NCBI GenBank assembly: GCA_965222605.1
Contig: OZ244960.1
Coordinates: forward strand, 672,001-736,000
Source of the DNA: Candidatus Latescibacterota bacterium
GTDB taxonomy: Bacteria > Latescibacterota > UBA2968
Reading direction: 5' to 3'
Length of the DNA stretch: 64,000 nt
Shown here: positions 21,145 to 30,148 of the stretch, one piece after another
Layout of the letters: every line of letters starts with the position of its first letter
Position numbering within the stretch: position 1 is the first letter of the stretch
The notes under the pieces: model-generated
Told to the model about the DNA's origin: nothing
Seen by the model: the letters and a program-made list of their open reading frames with translations, nothing else
The model's database searches: none
Translations under genes and position numbers: made by a program

Positions 21145-21906
21145 TCAAAAGGCGACTGTCAAACTCATGGGCGCAGGCGCAAAAACCACGCTATCAAACA
21201 AATTCAGAACCCAAATCGCACTGAGGACACCGATCAGAATATTCACCCGCTTTTCCTGAGGCTTAACCTCTCGATGGCGCGCCTCCCACTCGGTATAGCG
21301 CGTCCCATCGTCATTTGGATATCGCTGGTTTACATGGTGAAATATAGTTGTCTGATTGTAGTGATTGCGGGCACTTCTAAAATTCTGATACTGAAACCTC
21401 AGCGCGACAGACGTCGCAACCACTGCGCCGAGAAACGCATATCCCTTTTTCTTATGACCCCGGTAATACTGACCCCATCCGGGAACGACCAAAGACCGCA
21501 TCGCAGCAGACAAGCGTTTGGTCTTCATGCGGCGTGCCTCCTCCTCACCGTGCAACAAAGCCCACCAGAACGCGCCGGAATCTGCATTTTCAAGATAGCC
21601 CCGATCCAATCGGTTATTCAAAGCAAAAGCCTCTCGAAATGCCCAATCGGCCTGCAGAGAATCCCCCGCCGCGAGATAACAACACCCAAGATCAAAAAAC
21701 AGACGCGCACGCGAATCTCGATTCATCGGCGTCAGCTTCGGCGAGAGTTGCGCCACACCCGGTACAGCCAACAAATACCCTATCGCACCCTCATAATCAC
21801 CCTGTTTGTAGCGCACCTCGGCCTCTCGAACATAAGGCGGAACATCCTCAGCACCTGCAAAACCAAAAGCGCCGATAAGCGCGACAAAAATAAAAAATCT
21901 CATCAT
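21145..21906 (-). CDS. TPR plus DUF5683-like membrane protein
   Basis: Signal peptide, TPR-like helices, RSLVVPGWGQYY, IWVLNLFDS. Confidence 0.65.
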   Translation of the reverse strand: MMRFFIFVALIGAFGFAGAEDVPPYVREAEVRYKQGDYEGAIGYLLAVPGVAQLSPKLTPMNRDSRARLFFDLGCCYLAAGDSLQADWAFREAFALNNRLDRGYLENADSGAFWWALLHGEEEARRMKTKRLSAAMRSLVVPGWGQYYRGHKKKGYAFLGAVVATSVALRFQYQNFRSARNHYNQTTIFHHVNQRYPNDDGTRYTEWEARHREVKPQEKRVNILIGVLSAIWVLNLFDSVVFAPAPMSLTVAF

Positions 21907-21916
21907 ATCCCCTCAA

Positions 21917-23479
21917 TCAATCCGGATCGGCCTGGACAAAAGGCACCAGGAACGGAGGTGCACTCACAAACACAACTACACGATTTTGGGCATCCCATAC
22001 ATAAACACCGCCATACTGAGAGGCAACCAAACCCACAGGATCTAAAACCAAATCATCCAGAACACGCCACCGCAATACAGGCTGCCCGTCAGCATTAAAA
22101 ACCATAACTCGATCGCGAGCCAGTACAAATACAGCCCTGGGACCACTGCCAACCCATACGGGAAAAACACCAGCGGGCAACACAACCTCCTCCCAAACAG
22201 GCTGTGACCCCAGGTGGCTTGTATCCGTTCGAAACACCTCTCCCAATGTCGTCACCATCCAGATATCAGGCCCCAAAACCGCAAGACTTTGGATCGCGCC
22301 TTCAATGCCCGTATCATAAGACCCACGTTCAACAATGGTATTTACATTAAATGAGAATGTCTTTAACCTTTGTCCAACACCCACCCAAATCGTGCCATCG
22401 GGTGCAACCGTCATCGCAGTAGGCAACTCAGAATCCGCAATGCGCCAGTCCTCGTATTGCCAGGGAATCTCAGAGATTCTCCACTGAGACGAAGTAAGCT
22501 GCACCTCCTGAAACGCAGAAAGTTGCACCTCTCTGGTCTCTGACAAAATGCCGCCAAGCAATACAGTGGGAATAGCACCGATTCCAGTAGAGACCGCGGC
22601 AACAGAAAGAGATGCTAATCGCAACCCTTCGCGGTTGGGCACGGGCAGTACGCGCGTCCTATACGTAGAATTGGTCTCGCGTATGGAAATGGCATCGGAT
22701 GTCGCGAGTAATACCAGCGCGGGACTTCTTACAAAACCTGCAGCAGGCGCCAAAGCCACAAACACATTTGTGGCTTCGGCAATATTAAAATTGAATCGCC
22801 GTTGATACGGGTATATAAACATATCGCGGCTTTCGAGAACCACATCGCGATCCATCGTATTCCGCAAGCGATACGTATATTTGCGATTGCCCTCTATGAG
22901 CACATCGGTAAAACTCGCAACTTCGGGATCTTCAGACTGGAAAATCACCTGCGCCGCCGCATCATCCACAGAACGCAACAACTCATAGCGACGGGGAACA
23001 CCTGCCGACAAATGCCAAGTGACAGTCGCTGTACCCTTTTCGGGCAAAAACTGGATATTTTCCAATAGCGCCCCGGGAATCTGCACCGCGCCTAAAAGTG
23101 CTCTTGCTGGTCGTTTTCCGGCGGTTTCTGTATGCAGGCTATAACCGTACCTTTCACCAGCCTGGATATCAAAATGCGCTATCGGCATCATCTCCCACAC
23201 ATCTGCACGGCGGTTCACTTCTCGCAACGGTGCAGGCAAATCCTGCCACGGAAACCTGCGCCATCCATCGCGCTCACTGCGCCAAAATCGATAGCGCGTC
23301 GCAGGTTCAATACCCAGATATTCCCAATCAATTATAACGGCATTCTGCCCCTCGTCATATCTCAGATCAAAAGGGACCACAACCGGCGAATTGGCCGGAT
23401 CAGTAGCGAGGTCGCGCCGGGAATCACACCCGGCGAACAACAAAAGACAAAACAAAAAATATGTGGCACTATTTCCCAT
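21917..23479 (-). CDS. Putative lipoprotein with Fn3-like and beta-propeller regions
   Basis: Lipobox LFAGC; VTWH..RYELLRS..KYTYRL Fn3-like segment. Confidence 0.55.
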   Translation of the reverse strand: MGNSATYFLFCLLLFAGCDSRRDLATDPANSPVVVPFDLRYDEGQNAVIIDWEYLGIEPATRYRFWRSERDGWRRFPWQDLPAPLREVNRRADVWEMMPIAHFDIQAGERYGYSLHTETAGKRPARALLGAVQIPGALLENIQFLPEKGTATVTWHLSAGVPRRYELLRSVDDAAAQVIFQSEDPEVASFTDVLIEGNRKYTYRLRNTMDRDVVLESRDMFIYPYQRRFNFNIAEATNVFVALAPAAGFVRSPALVLLATSDAISIRETNSTYRTRVLPVPNREGLRLASLSVAAVSTGIGAIPTVLLGGILSETREVQLSAFQEVQLTSSQWRISEIPWQYEDWRIADSELPTAMTVAPDGTIWVGVGQRLKTFSFNVNTIVERGSYDTGIEGAIQSLAVLGPDIWMVTTLGEVFRTDTSHLGSQPVWEEVVLPAGVFPVWVGSGPRAVFVLARDRVMVFNADGQPVLRWRVLDDLVLDPVGLVASQYGGVYVWDAQNRVVVFVSAPPFLVPFVQADPD

Positions 23480-26400
23480 ATCGAAACACAATTTCCTTTG
23501 AAACACGACGTTGCGCATTTAAGTCTTCCACGATAATTTTTAACCGATTGCGCCCCTGTTTGGCCTTTGCCAGATCGACAAACTGATAGACCTGCACGCT
23601 CGGCTGTGTATCCACCTGTTCAAACGACATCGACACTTCGGGATTGACCTCCTGCCCAGTCAACAGCTTTCGCAAACCCTCTACCTGTTCCAAAGCCGCA
23701 ATCTGAATCGTAACGCGATAGCGCGTCTGTCCAAACTCGTCTGCCATTAGATTATAAACCTCAAAATACAAACCCATCTCCTGCCCAACGAGAAACGCGC
23801 GCGTGGGCAAAGGCAGCACGCGCAAATTTTTTCGGCGAAAAGAATCATCCACATCCGTCTCATCAATCTGCGCGGCCAGTACCGGATCGCTAATCTGCAA
23901 TTCCGAATCGCCATAAGGCTCAACCGCAATAACTTGCCGCAACAAACTGACGCGATTGGCACTGACATTCTCCGCCTTCACCGTCAAATAATAAGAGCCA
24001 GGCGGCACAGGCAAGGTCAACAAATCGGTCAGCATAGCATTCGAATCAGATGGTATGTCTTTCCGCGCAACCGTTCGACTCGTGCGAAACGCGCGGTTCG
24101 CAACCGAATCGTACAGCGCCATAGCCAGCGTCAAATCGCCTCTGCCGATCTTCTCCACATCCAGCGGCAAACCATAAACCACATCCACCCGTGTCATGAA
24201 ATACCCCCCTCGCGCATCGGCCACATCGTAATAAAATTCCAACTCGCGCGTTTGCCACCACGGTCGGTATTGCTCTGGCATCTCGCTCACGGCCTGTCTA
24301 TAAGCCGTTTCCGGCGCATTTTCATGAATCCGCGCTATGGACCGCATCCCCAGCGGCTGGCGCAGCGGAATCGGCGCGAAATTAAAATGCCCCGATCCCA
24401 TCTCATCCGTAAATGTAATCTCCATCCCCCCGCCAACCGTCACATACACCCACGATTCCCAGGGTACGAGGCTATTATCTTCCGCAGATGTGACGGGCAA
24501 ATAACCATCGCCCATCGTGTGGGTATCCGCGTCATTTCTTCCCATCAGATCAAACGAATCTGCGAACATCGCACGCGAACTCCGCACCGGAAACACCGTG
24601 CCCACCAGCGCGCCCTCTTGCGGACGAGTGTACAACTGCGCGTACAACTCGTCTTTCACCTGCTGCACCGCAACACTCATCACCCCTGGCGCGCGACCAG
24701 AGCGCGCGCGATAATCCGGCTCTCCATAGCGCAAACACACCTCACCTCGCCGATCCCATGGATATGCAGACCCGGCAAAATATTGCCGCGCCATCCACAC
24801 GCGCTGATAGTGTTCTTGCAACCGCTCATTCACTGCCGTAGTAGGGTCCAGATCCTTTTGCATCCAGAATCGATCGATAAAATCTTGCTTCTCCGCATCG
24901 GAAAGTGCGTTGTAGATCGCGCGCTGTTCATCTGACAAAATAGGGCCTGGATCGACGTACAACGCCAGCGTCTGGGCATCAATCCGTTCTAAGAACTGAT
25001 TCCAATACACCGAAGCGCGTTCGTAATCCCCCGCCCGATAAGCCCATTGTGCCGCAACAGGCAACAAATTGGGCGCCTCGGGATGGCGTTCGATAAATGG
25101 CAAAATCTGTCGCGCTATCGCCTGCTGGTCTTCCATGCGCAACAACACAGCACCCAGCTTTGTAACCGCATCAACATCATCCGGCTCCAATGACAAATAG
25201 CGCGTATAATATGCAGCGGCTGTTGCATTGCGCTGGGACAAAGCGTAAAAATCATCGCGCGCAAACCAGTCACCCAACAACTGATATGGCGCGCTATACG
25301 TCGAATCAATCGCAATCGCCCGAGACGCCATATCCACGCACTGATCTGTCCCGATATCAAAATAAACCGACGCCATCTGGTAATACAAATCTGCGCGCGT
25401 CGTATCCACTTCCAAGGCGCGATAAAAATACGAAACAGCACGCTGCCGCAGGGCTGGGCGTCGCGCATAAACCCGCCCCAATCCTTCATAAGCCAGCACC
25501 GCGCTATCCTCAAAAGGCTCGGCTTCTAAAAATGCCTCTTCAGCATCGCTCAAAAGCCCGCGCTCCAGCGCAACCATACCCCGATTCACCCAGCCCGGCC
25601 CGTCTTGTGGCTCCGGCTGATTAGCCCAGGAATCCGTCTGAGCACCCGATTTAACCTTTGCCAATCCCGCGACCAGATCTGTGGCAATAGTCTGCGACAA
25701 ATCGTCAAACCGATCCTTGCGCCAGATGCGCCGCGCATTGGCACTGCCCGCCCACAAAATATGCCCAGAAGACGTATCAATCAGCCGCAGAGCAACCCCC
25801 ACAGCATTGATCGCATTGTCTTTGCCAGTAGCCATCAAACTACCGCATAAAACAGCATCTGCCTTATGCGCCAACAACATTCGATCCGCAGTACTCAAGC
25901 GCGCGCCTACCGGCTGTGACATATCCAATCCATCGAACAACCCATCACCCAGCATACCCTCTCTAATCAACCGCTCATACCCTCCCACCAGCGCTTTTTG
26001 CGAAGTGTGCAACGGCGCGAATACCACCTGCAACGGCCACTCACCTGACCGCATCATCTTACCATGCCGATTGGCTTTCTGAAAGCCGAGTTGCGCCATC
26101 AAATTGCCCAGTGCAATCTCTCCTATATCGCGCTGGGCATAGATCCACTGCCATTCGACATCATCCCGCGCCTTGCCCATCCAAATGGGTTCCCCAGTGT
26201 CCAAATCCACAAGCCGCACATGCAATGTGCGCGTCCCGGCATCAGAAACAAATCCGATCAACGCCTGATCTGCGCGAGCCGCTGTTTTCAACAAAAATAA
26301 ATCATAGTCTTTCAACGCTTGTTTTCTCCCCACCATCCACTTCATCTTACCCCGTGGAATCGTATCTGGCTCCACCAGTTCAAACCAGCGCCCCTGCCAG

Positions 26401-26588
26401 GCGGGGATATCCCGATGGCGCATCAACTCATCCACCAATCGGTCAGCCATAAAAACCCCGTAATCGGGATCTTTCTCCGAAAATAGTGGAAACACTGCCA
26501 GACGAGGAATCACTTCGCGCTGCGGCAAATCCTCACACTGCACCGCTGCGGAAAACACGAGCAATAATATTAGAAGTGGATATCTCAT
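23469..26588 (-). CDS. Large GWxTD-domain protein with TPR repeats
   Basis: FWMQKDLDPTTAVNE, WDRRGEVCLRYGEPD, TPR helices, signal peptide. Confidence 0.8.
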   Translation of the reverse strand: MRYPLLILLLVFSAAVQCEDLPQREVIPRLAVFPLFSEKDPDYGVFMADRLVDELMRHRDIPAWQGRWFELVEPDTIPRGKMKWMVGRKQALKDYDLFLLKTAARADQALIGFVSDAGTRTLHVRLVDLDTGEPIWMGKARDDVEWQWIYAQRDIGEIALGNLMAQLGFQKANRHGKMMRSGEWPLQVVFAPLHTSQKALVGGYERLIREGMLGDGLFDGLDMSQPVGARLSTADRMLLAHKADAVLCGSLMATGKDNAINAVGVALRLIDTSSGHILWAGSANARRIWRKDRFDDLSQTIATDLVAGLAKVKSGAQTDSWANQPEPQDGPGWVNRGMVALERGLLSDAEEAFLEAEPFEDSAVLAYEGLGRVYARRPALRQRAVSYFYRALEVDTTRADLYYQMASVYFDIGTDQCVDMASRAIAIDSTYSAPYQLLGDWFARDDFYALSQRNATAAAYYTRYLSLEPDDVDAVTKLGAVLLRMEDQQAIARQILPFIERHPEAPNLLPVAAQWAYRAGDYERASVYWNQFLERIDAQTLALYVDPGPILSDEQRAIYNALSDAEKQDFIDRFWMQKDLDPTTAVNERLQEHYQRVWMARQYFAGSAYPWDRRGEVCLRYGEPDYRARSGRAPGVMSVAVQQVKDELYAQLYTRPQEGALVGTVFPVRSSRAMFADSFDLMGRNDADTHTMGDGYLPVTSAEDNSLVPWESWVYVTVGGGMEITFTDEMGSGHFNFAPIPLRQPLGMRSIARIHENAPETAYRQAVSEMPEQYRPWWQTRELEFYYDVADARGGYFMTRVDVVYGLPLDVEKIGRGDLTLAMALYDSVANRAFRTSRTVARKDIPSDSNAMLTDLLTLPVPPGSYYLTVKAENVSANRVSLLRQVIAVEPYGDSELQISDPVLAAQIDETDVDDSFRRKNLRVLPLPTRAFLVGQEMGLYFEVYNLMADEFGQTRYRVTIQIAALEQVEGLRKLLTGQEVNPEVSMSFEQVDTQPSVQVYQFVDLAKAKQGRNRLKIIVEDLNAQRRVSKEIVFRYGK

Positions 26589-26754
26589 TGAAGTTCTCTC
26601 GTTTTGGTGAAGTGTTTATGACTTGGACATCAATATACTGCCGACTGTCTCAAGGCGATACGCGAAAAGGTGAAGGAATTTGAGGTAAAAACGCATGCCA
26701 TGTTTTCTCTATAATATTCGTGCAATATCCGAATCACCATCTTGTGCCGGGCAT

Positions 26755-26779
26755 GCCCCTGCATAGTTTAAGCAGGGGC
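26755..26779. repeat. Short palindromic (REP-like) element
   Basis: gcccctgc-atagtttaa-gcaggggc; gctgac-type short repeats follow at about 26813-26840. Confidence 0.4.
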
Positions 26780-26846
26780 CACACCGCGATGACGGCTCTA
26801 CAGCGCCTGATTTGCTGACTACTGACGCTGACCGCTGATGGCTCTT

Positions 26847-27539
26847 TTAATTGTTAATCGCCTGTCGCGTTGCGTCTAAGAACGTTTCGTATCTTTGAGG
26901 ACCACCGCGCAATACGCGGACAATCTCACCTTTGGCGTCAATAAAAAATGACCTGGGAATACCAGTGTTCTCATACGCATTGTTCACTTCTCCCGCCGAG
27001 TCGAGAACAAAAGTCCAGGTGTAGCCATATCTTCTGATAAAACGTATCTCCTGGATGCGCGTGTCTCGTACGCCAATGCCGACGATCTGGATAGAGTCAC
27101 CCATAGTATTTTGTAACTTTTGCATGTCGGGCATTTCGGCAACACAGGGACCACACCAGGTTCCCCAGAAGTTGAGGAACACGGGTTTGCCGCGTTGTTC
27201 ATAGAGGTTGAACGATTCGCCAGTGAGGGTTCTCAGCGTAAAGTTGGGGGCTTGCATCCCAACTTGCATACCAACGGGAGCGTCGGTGGTTGGCGGAGGG
27301 GTTGGCGCGGTGGTTGTCTGCCCGTAGAATTGGACAAAAATGACAAAGTCCCGAAAGTTGACTGCGCCATCCCCATTCAAGTCAAACTGGGTCTGGTTTG
27401 TCCCATATCCCTGTGAAAATGCGATAAAATCGGCAAAATCCACTTTGCCGCTGTTATTGAAATCGCAATCTGATGCGGTTGGTGCTGCGTGTACATAGGC
27501 AGGTAGGAGCAGGAAAATCAATGTCATGACATACTTCAT
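26847..27539 (-). CDS. TlpA/ResA thioredoxin-like protein with N-terminal dockerin/EF-hand pair
   Basis: DFNNSGKVDFADF...DLNGDGAVNFRDF; NFWGTWCGPC. Confidence 0.85.
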   Translation of the reverse strand: MKYVMTLIFLLLPAYVHAAPTASDCDFNNSGKVDFADFIAFSQGYGTNQTQFDLNGDGAVNFRDFVIFVQFYGQTTTAPTPPPTTDAPVGMQVGMQAPNFTLRTLTGESFNLYEQRGKPVFLNFWGTWCGPCVAEMPDMQKLQNTMGDSIQIVGIGVRDTRIQEIRFIRRYGYTWTFVLDSAGEVNNAYENTGIPRSFFIDAKGEIVRVLRGGPQRYETFLDATRQAINN

Positions 27540-30004
27540 GGCATACCTCCGTTCACGATGTCTTCGTTTTCTGGATGGGGCATGGGCATGCGCGGCTCTT
27601 TCTTCTTTACTGCGGGCTTTAACGCGCCAAAACGCACATCAATCCCTCTGTCCTGAAGGGCTGGAATATGCGTATTGATTGATGTATCACTCAACGGATT
27701 ATTCCGTACATCAACCCGATCTCCACTGCCCAATCCCGTATTTGCGACCAGGGGCGAAAGATCCGAGATGTTGTTACTGGAAAGAGACAGCGACCTTAGA
27801 TTGGTCAAGCCGGACAGTGCAGATATATCCGAGATGTTGTTTCTGAAAAGACTCAGCGATAGCAGGCTGTTCAAGCCGGATAGTGCAGATATATCCGAGA
27901 TGTTGTTGCCAGAAAGAGTCAGCGATGTCAGGCTGGTCAAGCCGGACAGAGGTGTGATGTTCGAGATGCTGTTGTTGTCAAGAGCCAGCGTTCTCAGACT
28001 GGTCAAGCCGGACAGTGAGGACACATCCGACATGCTGTTGCTGCGAAGAAACAGCCGTATCAGATTGGGCAAGCCGGACAGTGAGGACACATCTGAGATG
28101 CTGTTGCGGGAAAGCCACAGCCATTCCAGATTGGTTAAGCCTGACAGTGGGGACACATCCGAGATGCTGTTGTTGTCAAGATCTAGCTGTTCCAGCCTGG
28201 TCAAACCTGACAGTGCAGATATATCCGAGATGTTGTTGTTGTAAAGATACAGCCGTTCCAGATTGGTCAAGCCGGACAGGGGCGAGAGGTCGGAGATGCT
28301 GTTGCGGAAAAGCCACAGCTGTCTCAGATTGGGCAATCCTGAGAGTGCGGACACATCCGAGATGCTGTTGTTGTCAAGGTACAGCCTTTCCAGATTGGTC
28401 AAGCCTGATATAGCACCAAATAGTGCAGAAAGGTCTGAGATTGAGTTGCCGCCAAGAGCCAGCCTTCTCAGGTTGGTCAAACTCGATAGGGGCGAGAAGT
28501 CGGAAATATGGTTACTATTAACATAACCCTCACCAGACACAAACTCTGTGCCGAGGTCCAAACTCGTCAGACGGGTTGCCAACTCAAGCCCGGTCAAGTC
28601 CCTGATGTTCGAGTTCGGAACTTCAAGTTCTGACAAAAATCCCATCTCAAAATCGGTGATCGGATCACCTGATACCTTGCCCATAGCGATCTTAATCGCC
28701 GCACGCAAGTTCGCATCCGGGATATCTGCTTCTGACAGGTTGAACAGGCGCGACAGTACTGACCTGTCCCCAATCATAGTACCGTCGTAAAGACTCAGAA
28801 ATGTCAGGTTGGTTAGACTTGATAGAGGTGTGAGGTCCGAGATACTATTATAGGAAAGATTCAACGATGTCAGGTTGGTTAAGCCCGACAATGGCGAGAT
28901 ATCTGAGAATAAATTGCCGGAAAGAATCAGCAATGTCAGGTTGGTTAAGCCCGACAACGGCGAAATATCTGTGATGGTATTATAGGAAAGAATCAGCGTT
29001 GTCAGGTTGGTTAAGCCCGATAGAGGTGTGAGGTCCGAGATACTATTATAGGAAAGAATCAGCGTTGTCAGGTTGGTTAAGCCCGACAGAGGTGTGAGGT
29101 CCAGGATGATATTATCGGAAAGGTCCAGCCGTGTCAGACGGGTAGCAAATTCGAGTCCGGTTAAATCGCGAATATCCGATGCCGATGCCTCAAGGCTTGT
29201 CAAACTCGCCATCTCTGCCCTCGTGATCGGCGCATCTCTCGCCTTATCCAGTGCGGTCTCGATTGCTACACGGAGGTTCGCATCTGGAATAGTAACCTGT
29301 GTTTCCTCTCTACCACCACCGGCCTCTTTGCCAAAGTTGCTGCTAAAGATCAGAAAATCGCCAAAGCCAATCGCGCCATCGTTGTTCAGGTCGTATTTTG
29401 CTTCATATTTCCCATCGCCCTGACTGGTCCCAAACTGCCCCACAAATGCCAGGAAGTCGGTAAAATTAACCGCACCATCGCCGTTAAAGTCCAGAGTAAG
29501 GACTTGTAACTTTAACTCAACGCTCGTATTCAGGGTTATAGTCTCAAATCTCCCACCCCGACCGAGTTCTGCACGTACCAGCCGGATCGCTGTGCCAGAA
29601 AACGCGGCTGTCGTGCGAAAGCGAGCCGTGCCAACCAGACCGCTGTTGGTCGTGGCTTGACCGTCCAGAGACGCAATGCCTATTTCGACAAAAGTCGGAT
29701 TCGTGCCTTGCTCTATGAGTGCCTGGGCATTGGGCAAGACATCGCCCGGGTCGAAGCCTTCATAAGTCACTTGACTTGCGTCGTATTCAAAACGCACGGC
29801 AAGGCCGATCGCATTCTGAATATCTCGGCCAAATATCTGAATGGCGACAACTTGATCCGCGGACACGTTGCCAGATGTGATCGCTTGATCACCTGCGGCG
29901 CCATCCACATCCAGTGAAACGGAAAAGCTGTTCTGCGCCAAAAGAGACAGGGGGTGTATCAAAAGTGCGAGTGTTGATAAAGTTGACAGAATCAGGTTAC
30001 GCAT
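27536..30004 (-). CDS. Secreted internalin-like leucine-rich-repeat protein with cohesin-like and dockerin/EF-hand domains
   Basis: 22-aa LSGLTNLxxLxLxxNxISD repeats, two IPDANLR caps, DFNGDGAVNFTDF. Confidence 0.88.
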   Translation of the reverse strand: MRNLILSTLSTLALLIHPLSLLAQNSFSVSLDVDGAAGDQAITSGNVSADQVVAIQIFGRDIQNAIGLAVRFEYDASQVTYEGFDPGDVLPNAQALIEQGTNPTFVEIGIASLDGQATTNSGLVGTARFRTTAAFSGTAIRLVRAELGRGGRFETITLNTSVELKLQVLTLDFNGDGAVNFTDFLAFVGQFGTSQGDGKYEAKYDLNNDGAIGFGDFLIFSSNFGKEAGGGREETQVTIPDANLRVAIETALDKARDAPITRAEMASLTSLEASASDIRDLTGLEFATRLTRLDLSDNIILDLTPLSGLTNLTTLILSYNSISDLTPLSGLTNLTTLILSYNTITDISPLSGLTNLTLLILSGNLFSDISPLSGLTNLTSLNLSYNSISDLTPLSSLTNLTFLSLYDGTMIGDRSVLSRLFNLSEADIPDANLRAAIKIAMGKVSGDPITDFEMGFLSELEVPNSNIRDLTGLELATRLTSLDLGTEFVSGEGYVNSNHISDFSPLSSLTNLRRLALGGNSISDLSALFGAISGLTNLERLYLDNNSISDVSALSGLPNLRQLWLFRNSISDLSPLSGLTNLERLYLYNNNISDISALSGLTRLEQLDLDNNSISDVSPLSGLTNLEWLWLSRNSISDVSSLSGLPNLIRLFLRSNSMSDVSSLSGLTSLRTLALDNNSISNITPLSGLTSLTSLTLSGNNISDISALSGLNSLLSLSLFRNNISDISALSGLTNLRSLSLSSNNISDLSPLVANTGLGSGDRVDVRNNPLSDTSINTHIPALQDRGIDVRFGALKPAVKKKEPRMPMPHPENEDIVNGGMP

Positions 30005-30148
30005 CGGGTTCTCCTGCTGATGGCCTTCTCACATTGGTTTCAGACGTGTCCTCTTGACAAAATATAACGGGTCAAGGTCAAGTCCAGTCACATCATCATT
30101 ATTTATTGTGAACCTCTAAAAAAATGAGACACTCCCAGTCCCTTATTT

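Noticed and set aside
27675-29423. CRISPR-like periodicity and Cys-rich + strand ORFs
   Set aside because: The 66-bp period is the coding LRR on the minus strand; the + strand ORFs are shadows and there are no unique spacers.
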